Origin: a bacterium
GTDB taxonomy: Bacteria > JAAXHH01
Assembly: GCA_965240335.1 (NCBI GenBank)
Contig: CBDEKM010000011.1
Location: 237,135-301,134 of the forward strand
Direction of reading: 5' to 3'
DNA: 64,000 nucleotides
The translations under genes were made by a program, and so were the position numbers. Each line of letters opens with the position of its first letter. Positions within the stretch are counted from its first letter, which is position 1. The notes below the pieces were generated by a model, which saw only the letters and a list, made by a program, of their open reading frames with translations, was not told where the DNA came from and did no database searches. Below are positions 38,987 to 48,044 of the stretch, piece by piece.

Positions 38987-41900
38987 TCAGGCAACGCCCG
39001 CGCCGTGACACTTCTTGTACTTCTTGCCGCTTCCGCAGGGGCAGGGCGCGTTACGGCCGATTTTCTGTTCGACCTTGGCGGGTTTCGATCTGGACGGACT
39101 CCCATCGTTTCCCGATCCCTGTCGACCGCCCCGCTGGGCTGAGCCTTCTTCCGCGGGATCTTCCGCCTGCGTGCCGGCTATGGCCGGGGCTTCCTGGTGA
39201 ATTGTCCGCATGTTGGTCGGGGCTTCCTGCCGTGGCATCCGCGTTTCGGCCAGTTCGGCGTTGAATACGGTCTTGACGATTTCCTCGTCCAGCCGGTCCC
39301 ACAACTCCTCGAACATCGAGTAGGCTTCTTTCTTGTACTGGATCAGGGGATCCAGCTGTCCATAGGCGCGCAGGCCGATACCCTCTCGCATGCGATCGAT
39401 CTCGTAGAGGTGTTCCTGCCAGGCGGCGTCGATGACATGCAGGGTGGCGAAGCGTTCCAGGTCGCGCATCAGTTCCGGTGACGGTGCCAGGGCCGCTTCC
39501 TTCCGCTCGAAGGATTCCAGCATCTTCTCGTTGACCAGTTCCTCCAGCGATTCCACGTTCAAATCGGCCATTTCATGTTCAGCCACGGCCACGGCCACGT
39601 GGAAGTTCCGGGCCAGGTCGGCGCTCAATGCGTCCAGTTCCCAGTCCTCGGGATAGCTCTTGGGATCGGTGTATTCCTCGACCTTTCGTTCCGCCACGCC
39701 GCGTATCATTTCGATAACGTCGTTACGCAGATCTTTTCTTTCGAGGGCGTGCAGGCGTCGGTCGTACACCGCTTCGCGCTGCTGGTTCATGACATTGTCA
39801 TATTCGAGCACGTGTTTCCGCATGTCGAAATGCTGGGCTTCCACCCGTTTCTGTGCCCGTTCGATCGAGCGGGTGACCATGGAATGCTCAATCGTTTCGC
39901 CTTCCGGTATCTTCAGGCGGTCCATGACGGAGGCGATGCGCTCGGATCCGAAGAGCCGCATCAGGTCGTCCTCGAGAGAGAGAAAAAAACGCGAGGATCC
40001 CGGGTCTCCCTGGCGTCCGGACCGGCCGCGGAGCTGGCGGTCGATGCGCCGGGCTTCATGCCGTTCCGTTGCGATGATATGGAGTCCGCAGGGCGTGTTC
40101 GCCATGCAGTCCCGCACGGTCAGCCCTTCGGCGGTGGGTGTATCCTTGGGTTCGCCGTTCTCCAGGTGACAGAGATCGCACTTCACCACGCCGGCGCCAA
40201 GCTTGATGTCGGTGCCCCGGCCCGCCATGTTCGTGGCGATGGTCACGGAGCCGGGCTGGCCGGCATTCGCGATGATCTCGGCCTCCTGCTGGTGAAACTT
40301 GGCGTTCAGCACATTGTGTTTTATACCCCGTCGTTTCAACATGCGACTCAGCGTTTCCGAAGCGTCGACAGAAGTGGTCCCGATCAGGATAGGCCGGCGT
40401 CGTTCGGTCATTTCCTCGATTTCGTCGATGACCGAGTTGTATTTCTCCCTGCGGGTCCGGAAGACCACGTCGTCGTAATCCATGCGCCGTATGGGCTGGT
40501 TGGTCGGGATTTCCACCACGTCCATCTTGTAGATCGCGAAGAATTCGCCCGCTTCCGTCACGGCCGTTCCGGTCATCCCCGCCAGCTTTTCGTACATGCG
40601 GAAGTAATTCTGAATAGTAATGGAAGCGACGGTGCGTGTTTCCTGTTCGATCTTCACGCCTTCCTTTGCCTCTATGGCCTGGTGCAATCCTTCGGCCAGC
40701 CGCCGTCCGTACATCAACCTTCCGGTGAACGTGTCGACCAGGACGACCTTTCCGCCCTCGATGACGTAATCGATGTCCTTCTCATAGATCGCGTAGGCCT
40801 GGAGCAGTTGATGCATGTTGTGGATGCGTTCGCTGCGCTCGGCGTAAAGTTTCTCCAGATCGGCCTTTTTTCCGGTCATCTGCTCTTCGGTGAGGCTTGC
40901 GTCGGACTCGATTTCCACCATGCCTTCACTGAGATCGGGGATGATAAAGAGTTCCTGGTCACCCGGCGAAAGGAGTTCCCGACCCCTCTCATTGATTTCG
41001 GTCTGGCGTGTTTTTTCATCGACCGTGAAGAAGAGATCATCATCCAGCTGGGGCATGCGTTTTTCCCGCATGTAGTCCCCTTCCACCTGCTGGATCAGCT
41101 TCTTGATACCGGGTTCCTGTTGCAGTTTCAGGAGCTTCTTGTTCTTCGGCATGCCCCGCTGCGCCTGCAACAGCTTGATTCCGGCTTCGTAGGCATCCTC
41201 TTCGTTATCCAATACCGATTCCGACTCCGCGATGATTTTTGCCGCGAAGCGGGTCTGCGCCCGTACGAGTTTCTGTACGTCCGGCAGCGATTCGGCATAC
41301 TTCCCGCTGTTCGATTCGCTTACCTCCCCGGCGATGATGAGGGGCGTACGGGCCTCGTCGATCAGGATCGAATCCACCTCGTCCACGATGGCGTAACTGT
41401 GGCCCCGCTGGACGCGATCCTCCAGGCGCCATTTCATGTTGTCCCGGAGGTAGTCGAAACCGAATTCATTGGTAGTACCGTAGGTGACGTCGGCCAGGTA
41501 GCCCGCTTTCTTGCGTTCCGTGTCCGGATCGTTGGTCTCGAGGCATTCGACGGTCAGTCCGAGGAACTCGAAGACCGGTCCCATCCAGGCCCGGTCGCGC
41601 TTGGCGAGGAACTCGTTGTGGGTCACCAGGTGGGCGCCGCGTCCGGTCATGCCGTTGAGATACATGGGGAAAAGCGCTACGAGCGTCTTGCCCTCTCCCG
41701 TTGCCATCTCGGCGATTTTGCCTTCGTGGAGCACGATTCCGCCGATGATCTGCACGTCGTAGGGGATCATGTCCCACACCATATCGCCCTGGCCGGGGAC
41801 GGCCCACGATCTGCCGACCATGCGCCTGCACGCTTCCTTGACCAGGCCGAAGGCTTCGGGCAGGATTTCATCCAGTTCTTCGCCGTCTTCCCACCTCGAT

Positions 41901-42061
41901 CGAAACTCCCGGGATTTCTCGGGGAATTGGTCTTCGTCCAGCGCACGGTATTCGTCGGCCCATTCGTTGACGGTATCGACGATCGGATCCATCCGCTTGA
42001 CATCCCTGTCGTGCTTGGTCCCGAAAGAATTGGCGATCAGGTTCTTAAACCGGGTGATCAT
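38987..42061 (-). CDS. secA: Preprotein translocase SecA
   Basis: EMATGEGKT, IVDEVDSILIDEARTPL, GMTGTA, NMAGRGTDI, RGRSGRQGDPG, C-terminal SEC-C motif. Confidence 0.98.
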   Translation of the reverse strand: MITRFKNLIANSFGTKHDRDVKRMDPIVDTVNEWADEYRALDEDQFPEKSREFRSRWEDGEELDEILPEAFGLVKEACRRMVGRSWAVPGQGDMVWDMIPYDVQIIGGIVLHEGKIAEMATGEGKTLVALFPMYLNGMTGRGAHLVTHNEFLAKRDRAWMGPVFEFLGLTVECLETNDPDTERKKAGYLADVTYGTTNEFGFDYLRDNMKWRLEDRVQRGHSYAIVDEVDSILIDEARTPLIIAGEVSESNSGKYAESLPDVQKLVRAQTRFAAKIIAESESVLDNEEDAYEAGIKLLQAQRGMPKNKKLLKLQQEPGIKKLIQQVEGDYMREKRMPQLDDDLFFTVDEKTRQTEINERGRELLSPGDQELFIIPDLSEGMVEIESDASLTEEQMTGKKADLEKLYAERSERIHNMHQLLQAYAIYEKDIDYVIEGGKVVLVDTFTGRLMYGRRLAEGLHQAIEAKEGVKIEQETRTVASITIQNYFRMYEKLAGMTGTAVTEAGEFFAIYKMDVVEIPTNQPIRRMDYDDVVFRTRREKYNSVIDEIEEMTERRRPILIGTTSVDASETLSRMLKRRGIKHNVLNAKFHQQEAEIIANAGQPGSVTIATNMAGRGTDIKLGAGVVKCDLCHLENGEPKDTPTAEGLTVRDCMANTPCGLHIIATERHEARRIDRQLRGRSGRQGDPGSSRFFLSLEDDLMRLFGSERIASVMDRLKIPEGETIEHSMVTRSIERAQKRVEAQHFDMRKHVLEYDNVMNQQREAVYDRRLHALERKDLRNDVIEMIRGVAERKVEEYTDPKSYPEDWELDALSADLARNFHVAVAVAEHEMADLNVESLEELVNEKMLESFERKEAALAPSPELMRDLERFATLHVIDAAWQEHLYEIDRMREGIGLRAYGQLDPLIQYKKEAYSMFEELWDRLDEEIVKTVFNAELAETRMPRQEAPTNMRTIHQEAPAIAGTQAEDPAEEGSAQRGGRQGSGNDGSPSRSKPAKVEQKIGRNAPCPCGSGKKYKKCHGAGVA

Positions 42062-42201
42062 GGTATTTCGTCCTTCGTTCCCTGCTTCTGAATCATACTC
42101 GATTAAGCATTTTCAACAAGGATCAAACTACAGGCGAAAGGGGCTTGAAACAATACTTTTCTTAGAACCGGACAGGCCGGTTCAGGGTTCCATTTTACAT
42201 G

Positions 42202-42239
42202 AAAAAACCCCGGCGAGATAGCGTGGACGCGCCGGGGTT
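42202..42239 (-). terminator. Intrinsic terminator after the sigma factor gene
   Basis: Minus strand AACCCCGGCG...CGCCGGGGTT stem ending in a run of six T. Confidence 0.75.
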
Positions 42240-42268
42240 GCGTGCTGTATTCGAACGAGACTTCCAGT

Positions 42269-43144
42269 TTAATCATCATCCCGAAGATAGGGGCTGAGCT
42301 TCCCGCTTCGAGTCGCGTGCCGCAAACGCTGCAGCGCCCGTTCCTTGATCTGGCGTATCCGTTCCCTCGTCAGGCCAAAACGAATACCGATTTCTTCCAG
42401 CGTATGCGCCCTTTCCGATCCTACGCCGAAGTACAGCCGGATCACTTCCGCTTCGCGGTCCGGAAGCGTGTCCAGTACCTTGCCGACGTCCGATTTCAGG
42501 AACTGCAGCATGGTGCTTTCGTCCGGTGCCGTCTGCATTTCATCGGGCAACAGGTCGAGCAGACTGCGATCGTCATCGTGATTGAAGGGAACGTCGAGGG
42601 AGATGCAATGGCTGAAAGAACTGAGGGCTTCGTTGATTTCTTCGACCGAGATATCCATTTCCTTGGCGATTTCATCGATATCGGGTTTGCGGCCGAGTTC
42701 GTGTTGCAGATGTTTGGAGGTCTGTTTGATTCGCCGGAGTTCTTCGGAGCGATTGACCGGTACGCGCACGGTCCTTGACTGATTGGCTATGGACTGAATG
42801 ATGGCCTGCCGTATCCACCAAACTGCATACGAAATAAACTTGTATCCCCTTGTTTCGTCGAACTTCTTGGCGGCCCGCATCAGGCCCATATTCCCTTCGT
42901 TGATCATGTCCAGCAGGGGCAATCCGTAGTTCTGATACTGACGGGCCACGCTGACGACGAATCGCAGGTTGGCCTTCACCAGCTGATCCAGGGCATTCTG
43001 GTCGCCCTGCTTGATCAGGCGGGCCAGCCTGACTTCCTCTTCGGCCGTTATCAAGGGATACTTGGACATTTCGGCCAGGTATCGATACAACGCCTGTTCG
43101 TATCTCGCCCCGTTACCATAGGATTCCTGATATGATGTAGCGAT
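42269..43144 (-). CDS. RpoD/SigA-family sigma-70 factor lacking region 1.1; start uncertain
   Basis: Region 1.2 YRYLAEMSKYPL, region 2 ANLRFVVSVA..GLMRAAKKFD..YKFISYAVWWIRQAI, region 4 TLEEIG..LTRERIRQIK; reading frame open up to ATC 43144. Confidence 0.9.
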   Translation of the reverse strand: MATSYQESYGNGARYEQALYRYLAEMSKYPLITAEEEVRLARLIKQGDQNALDQLVKANLRFVVSVARQYQNYGLPLLDMINEGNMGLMRAAKKFDETRGYKFISYAVWWIRQAIIQSIANQSRTVRVPVNRSEELRRIKQTSKHLQHELGRKPDIDEIAKEMDISVEEINEALSSFSHCISLDVPFNHDDDRSLLDLLPDEMQTAPDESTMLQFLKSDVGKVLDTLPDREAEVIRLYFGVGSERAHTLEEIGIRFGLTRERIRQIKERALQRLRHATRSGKLSPYLRDDD

Positions 43145-43476
43145 CTTGCGTCACCTCCGCGCCATGCACCTCGCGCAATACGCCCGTTCCGCTCCGGCCT
43201 ATGCAGGCGCGGGTCCCGTCACAACGTGTATCCTGTTGGTGTAAACGGAGTGCCGAACGATGCGTGCCATACTAAACCCTGTCGGTTAAAAGCGAGCGGC
43301 AAAGGCGCTATCGTCAGCCGTGCGGAATGGAAATACAGCGGGTGCGAAAAATACCTGTATTTGCTATGTTACTCAGACAGTGGAAACTGAGACGGTTTGC
43401 CATCGAACAAAACCGGATTTCATATGTACGGGCTTATTAGAAGGCTTAGCCCTGAATGTCAGTTCCCAGTATACCT

Positions 43477-43505
43477 AAAATAAACCGAATCACCCGTTAA
43501 GTCAA
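43477..43505 (-). promoter_or_regulatory. sigma-70 promoter upstream of the sigma factor gene
   Basis: TTGACT-N17-TATTTT. Confidence 0.6.
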
Positions 43506-43522
43506 GTGTTTTCCCTTTAGGA

Positions 43523-43551
43523 TTGACACGCGGGATGCCCGTGGATACATT
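43523..43551 (+). promoter_or_regulatory. sigma-70 promoter of the pur operon
   Basis: TTGACA-N17-TACATT, back-to-back with the minus-strand promoter. Confidence 0.7.
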
Positions 43552-43614
43552 GGCACTCTCAAAATTGGATGCAGGCCCCTTGACCGGTATTCCTATCACT
43601 TGGGAATCCAGCGG

Positions 43615-44103
43615 ATGACCTCCAAACCGAAAACCTGGCGAATTGCCGTCGTGAACCGTCCAGCCGTGGTAGACGCCGTGGGCGAAGGGCTGCGCGGCGA
43701 TATCCTGGACCTGGGTATCGACGACGTCGAGCGGGTGCGGCATGTCCGGCTCTACGCCATCCACGGCGCGCTGTCGGATTGCGAAGTGGATCAAATCACT
43801 ACCGGCCTGCTCACCGATCCGGTTACCCAGGAACACCTCCGGACGAACTCCGAGGCCCTCCCGGTCGAGTCCGGTGAATGGGGCGTGGAGGTCTGGTTCA
43901 GAGTGGGGGTGACCGACGCCGTGGGCGAGACGACGCTGAAAGGGGGCCGTGACCTCGGGATCACCGGGATCGACTCGGTGGACACCGGTCGGGGATACAT
44001 CCTGTCGGGTCCCCTTGCCCGGCCTCAGTTAGACACCATCTGCCGTCGCCTGCTGGCCAACGATGTAATCGAGAGATATACCTGCTACGAAGGGGGCAAA
44101 TGA
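43615..44103 (+). CDS. purS: Tandem double-PurS protein
   Basis: Two PurS-like halves (VDAVGE...LLTDPVTQEH and VTDAVGE...LLANDVIERY); ATGA overlap with purL. Confidence 0.8.
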   Translation: MTSKPKTWRIAVVNRPAVVDAVGEGLRGDILDLGIDDVERVRHVRLYAIHGALSDCEVDQITTGLLTDPVTQEHLRTNSEALPVESGEWGVEVWFRVGVTDAVGETTLKGGRDLGITGIDSVDTGRGYILSGPLARPQLDTICRRLLANDVIERYTCYEGGK

Positions 44104-46532
44104 CTTCCGCCACAGAAACCACGGTAGAATGCCTCCCTTTGCTGAACGCTTCCGACGATGACATGATGCGGTTTAGCCGGGAAGGCTTGCTGGCGCTGAA
44201 CCTGGAGGAAATGCGGTCGATACAGCGTTATTTCGCCTCGATAGGCCGTGAACCGACCGACGTGGAAATAGAAACGCTGGCGCAGACCTGGTCCGAACAC
44301 TGCAAGCACAAGGTCTTCAATGGGGTCATCGACTACGTGTCGGACGGTAAAACGGAGCGCATCGACAACCTCTTCACCCACACCATCCGGAAGGCAACCG
44401 GGGATATCCGCCGCCGGATGGGAGTTAAAGACCGGTGCGTTTCCGTGTTTGTCGACAACGCGGGCATCATCGAATTCGACGAGAAATACCACCTCGCTTT
44501 CAAGGTCGAGACCCATAACCATCCTTCGGCGCTGGACCCCTACGGCGGCGCCAATACGGGTATCGGCGGCGTTATCCGCGATCCACTCGGCACGGGTCTG
44601 GGCGGCAAGCCCATTTTCAACACGGACGTGTTCTGCTTTGCTCCGCCCGACTTTCCCTACGACCGGTTGCCCGACGGCCTGCTGCACCCGAAACGTATTT
44701 TCAAGGGGGTCGTCGCGGGTGTCAGGGACTACGGCAACCGCATGGGTATCCCGACCGTCAACGGGGCCATTCTCTTCGACGAGCGGTACCTGGGCAACCC
44801 ACTGGTGTATTGCGGAACGGCTGCCGTCATTCCGGTCGACCGGTGTGAAAAGTCGGCTGAACCCGGTGATCTCATCGTCTCCGTCGGTGGCAAGACGGGC
44901 AGGGACGGCATTCACGGCGCCACGTTTTCGTCGATCGAGTTGACCGAAACCTCGGAATCCACCTCCACGCAAGCCGTTCAGATCGGCAATCCCATCGAGG
45001 AGAAGAAGATCCTCGACGTACTGATGCAGGCCAGGGACCGCATGCTTTACCGAAACATCACCGATTGCGGCGCAGGCGGGTTTTCGTCGGCCATCGGGGA
45101 GATGGGCCAGGAAACGGGCGCCGAGGTCCACCTGGAGCAGGCGCCCCTGAAGTACGGCGGTTTGAAACCCTGGGAGATCTTCCTCTCGGAATCCCAGGAA
45201 CGCATGATCCTGGCGGTCCCGCCCGATCGCATCGAAGCGCTGCGGGAACTCTGCGCGAGCGAAGACGTCGAAGCCTCGGTGATCGGCGCGTTTACCGGCG
45301 ACGGACGCCTGAGGGTCACCTACAGGGATGATCAGGAGGAGGGAGAACGGACCACCGTCGCGGATCTGGACATGGAATTCCTGCATCAGGGGGTGCCGCG
45401 TATCGTCCGGACGGCCCGGTGGGAACCGCAGGAGCATCCCGAACCTTCCGTAACGGACCGCCCCGATCCCGCATTGAGCCTGGCGCGGCTGCTGTCGACA
45501 TGGAACGTGGCGAGCAAGGAATGGGTCGTGCGGCAGTACGATCACGAGGTCCAGGGCGGCAGTGTGCTTAAACCCCTCCAGGGCGTGCGGAACGACGGAC
45601 CGGGAGACGCCGCCATCGTGCGACCCGTGCTGTCTTCGGACAAGGGCGTTGTCGTGTCCAACGGAATCAACCCTTCCTATGGCGATATCGATCCCTACTG
45701 GATGGCCGCGTCCGCCATAGACGAAGCCCTGCGACAGATAACCTGCGTAGGCGGCAGCATCGAACAGACTGCGCTGCTGGACAATTTTTGCTGGGGGAAT
45801 CCGGACAAGCCGGACCGGCTCGCCGCGCTGGTTCGAGCGGCACGGGCATGCTACGACACGGCCGTGGCCTACGGCACGCCATTCATCTCCGGGAAAGACA
45901 GTTTCTACAACGAGTTCTCCGATGGCGAACAGACCATTGCCATTCCGCCCACGCTCCTCATATCGGCCATCTGCGTGATGGACGACGTTCGCGGTGCGGT
46001 CAGTATGGATGCCAAGCTACCGGGAAACAGCGTCTACGTGGTGGGACTCACTCGCGACGAACTGGGGGGGTCTCAGTACTACCGCATGCTGGGATACATC
46101 GGCCGGAACGTACCGACCGTGGACGCGGCCGCCGGGAGCGGGACCATGAACCGGTTGCACCAGGCTATTTCGCGGGGACTCGTGGCCGCGTGTCATGATT
46201 GCTCCGAAGGCGGACTGGCCGTGGCCGCGGCGGAAATGGCCTTCGCGGGAGGTTGTGGATTGACGATGGATCTGGGCGCCGTTCCCCGGGACGGGGACGT
46301 GGACCGCGACGACATCGTCCTGTTTTCCGAATCGAACAGCCGCTTCGTGGTGGAAGTGCCCCGGGGGCGCGAAGCCGATTTCGAAGGTCGGATGGCCGGC
46401 AGTACTTACGGCCGTGTGGGCGCCATCACCACAGATGATCGATTTCTCGTCCGTGGCCTGCATGGCGATGAAATCGTAGCGACGGACCTGAGTACCCTGA
46501 AGGAAGCCTGGCAGCGGCCCCTGCGATGGTGA
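44100..46532 (+). CDS. purL: Phosphoribosylformylglycinamidine synthase subunit PurL
   Basis: WSEHCKHK, KVETHNHPS, GGVIRD, DCGAGG, LSESQERM, SGKDS. Confidence 0.96.
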   Translation: MTSATETTVECLPLLNASDDDMMRFSREGLLALNLEEMRSIQRYFASIGREPTDVEIETLAQTWSEHCKHKVFNGVIDYVSDGKTERIDNLFTHTIRKATGDIRRRMGVKDRCVSVFVDNAGIIEFDEKYHLAFKVETHNHPSALDPYGGANTGIGGVIRDPLGTGLGGKPIFNTDVFCFAPPDFPYDRLPDGLLHPKRIFKGVVAGVRDYGNRMGIPTVNGAILFDERYLGNPLVYCGTAAVIPVDRCEKSAEPGDLIVSVGGKTGRDGIHGATFSSIELTETSESTSTQAVQIGNPIEEKKILDVLMQARDRMLYRNITDCGAGGFSSAIGEMGQETGAEVHLEQAPLKYGGLKPWEIFLSESQERMILAVPPDRIEALRELCASEDVEASVIGAFTGDGRLRVTYRDDQEEGERTTVADLDMEFLHQGVPRIVRTARWEPQEHPEPSVTDRPDPALSLARLLSTWNVASKEWVVRQYDHEVQGGSVLKPLQGVRNDGPGDAAIVRPVLSSDKGVVVSNGINPSYGDIDPYWMAASAIDEALRQITCVGGSIEQTALLDNFCWGNPDKPDRLAALVRAARACYDTAVAYGTPFISGKDSFYNEFSDGEQTIAIPPTLLISAICVMDDVRGAVSMDAKLPGNSVYVVGLTRDELGGSQYYRMLGYIGRNVPTVDAAAGSGTMNRLHQAISRGLVAACHDCSEGGLAVAAAEMAFAGGCGLTMDLGAVPRDGDVDRDDIVLFSESNSRFVVEVPRGREADFEGRMAGSTYGRVGAITTDDRFLVRGLHGDEIVATDLSTLKEAWQRPLRW

Positions 46533-46581
46533 CGCTCCAGGGCGGTCCGCTTATCACATCCTTCCGAAACCGGGAGAATCC

Positions 46582-47382
46582 ATGTCTACTGCCTCGGTAC
46601 TGATACTGCGCGCCGCGGGGATCAACTGCGACGAAGAAACGGCCCACGCTTTCAGGCTTGCCGGCGCGACGCGGGTGGATCCGGTGCACATCAACGAGTT
46701 TATAGACGGACGCCGCAGCCTGTCCGAATACGACATCCTGGTCCTCTCGGGAGGTTTCTCCTACGGCGACGATATTTCCGGTGGCAAAGTTCTCGCCAAC
46801 GAACTGCAGTGCAGGCTGATGGACGACGTGGAATCCTTCATCGGGGACGACAAACTCATCCTCGGCATCTGCAATGGTTTCCAGGTACTCGTCAAAATGG
46901 GACTCCTTCCCCAGACCAGACCGGGCGAACGGCAGCAGGAAGCGACGGTTTTTTACAACGATTCAGGGAAATTCGAGTGTCGCTGGGTCTACCTGCGCAG
47001 GAACCCGGAGAGTCCATGCGTCTTCACCCGCGACATGCCGGAGACGATCTACATACCCGTCGCGAACGGAGAAGGAAAGGTCATGCTGGCATCACCAGGC
47101 GTGCGGGAACGGCTGGGGACCGGCGGCCACGTCGCGCTTCGATACATGAATCCACCCTGGGTGGATGAGGACGAGGCCGGGTATCCATGGAGCCCGAACG
47201 GGTCGGTGGACGGCATTGCGGGGGTATGCGACGGAACCGGGCGGATCTTCGGACTGATGCCCCATCCGGAGCGCTACACCCATCCGACCCATCATCCGCG
47301 TTGGACCCGGGAGGGATGCAGGGAACCCGATGGGCTGCACATCTTCCGAAACGCCGTGAACTATGCCCGCGGGATCCAATAG
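46582..47382 (+). CDS. purQ: FGAM synthase glutaminase subunit PurQ
   Basis: GGFSYGD, GICNGFQ, GLMPHPER. Confidence 0.95.
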   Translation: MSTASVLILRAAGINCDEETAHAFRLAGATRVDPVHINEFIDGRRSLSEYDILVLSGGFSYGDDISGGKVLANELQCRLMDDVESFIGDDKLILGICNGFQVLVKMGLLPQTRPGERQQEATVFYNDSGKFECRWVYLRRNPESPCVFTRDMPETIYIPVANGEGKVMLASPGVRERLGTGGHVALRYMNPPWVDEDEAGYPWSPNGSVDGIAGVCDGTGRIFGLMPHPERYTHPTHHPRWTREGCREPDGLHIFRNAVNYARGIQ

Positions 47383-47403
47383 CACCTGACGGGAGCGCAT
47401 CGT

Positions 47404-47979
47404 TTGAGTATCCCCCCGTTCAGCCGAGCCGTCGAACGCCGCATGAACGCGATCGGAATTCTACTGGTGCCTGTCGCGGTATTCGTTCTGCTCAGCCTCG
47501 CAACCCACGCAGAAAACGACTACCCGAATTCCAACCTGGGTCCGGATGAAGTGATGAACCAGGGCGGCCGTCCCGGCGCCCTGGTCTCCTATGGTGTGAT
47601 GCTCGTCCTGGGATACGGGGGATACGCCCTACCCATCCTCATTGGATTGTTAGCCTGGAACAGGATCCGGGTCCAGCGTCCACTTGTCGTGCTTGCGCAA
47701 TCCGTTTGGCTCCTCGTCCTCATGACGATCGGAATCTCCACCGGGAGCCTGATACCGATTCTCCCCGAGTCCCTTCGATTTGAAATCGGCGGCGTCCTGG
47801 GGTTCTACCTCGGCAGACAAATGGCGGGTGCCCTGGGCGTGGACCTGTCGCTTGTCCTGGGCGGCGCCGTGTCTCTGTTGTTACTTGGCATCATGCTGTA
47901 CCGGATCAAACGAAAAGCCGCACGGCAGCCGACGGAACCCGCACGGCAGCCGACGGAACCCGAACGGGATCCAGGGTGA
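47404..47979 (+). CDS. Stand-alone FtsK N-terminal 4TM-like membrane protein
   Basis: NQGGRPGALVS..LVLGYGGYALP and GGVLGFYL..LG patterns of the FtsK membrane domain; stop at 47979 and no motor domain. Confidence 0.65.
   Translation: MSIPPFSRAVERRMNAIGILLVPVAVFVLLSLATHAENDYPNSNLGPDEVMNQGGRPGALVSYGVMLVLGYGGYALPILIGLLAWNRIRVQRPLVVLAQSVWLLVLMTIGISTGSLIPILPESLRFEIGGVLGFYLGRQMAGALGVDLSLVLGGAVSLLLLGIMLYRIKRKAARQPTEPARQPTEPERDPG
47920..47961 (+). repeat. Exact 2 x 21-bp tandem duplication (ARQPTEP)
   Basis: GCACGGCAGCCGACGGAACCC twice. Confidence 0.9.
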
Positions 47980-48044
47980 ATTCCACCCGGCGGTCGCACC
48001 GGTTCATTCCGCTGGTTTCACCGTACCGACCTGGAACACTGGCC

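Noticed and set aside
43250-43275. Possible sigma-54 promoter TGGCACG on the minus strand
   Set aside because: The -12 element reads GTTC instead of TTGC, so the required GC is missing at the fixed spacing
43385-43405. GGCAAACC resembling the c-di-GMP-I riboswitch
   Set aside because: The GNRA-capped P2 and the downstream GACGCAAAGC-like segment are absent
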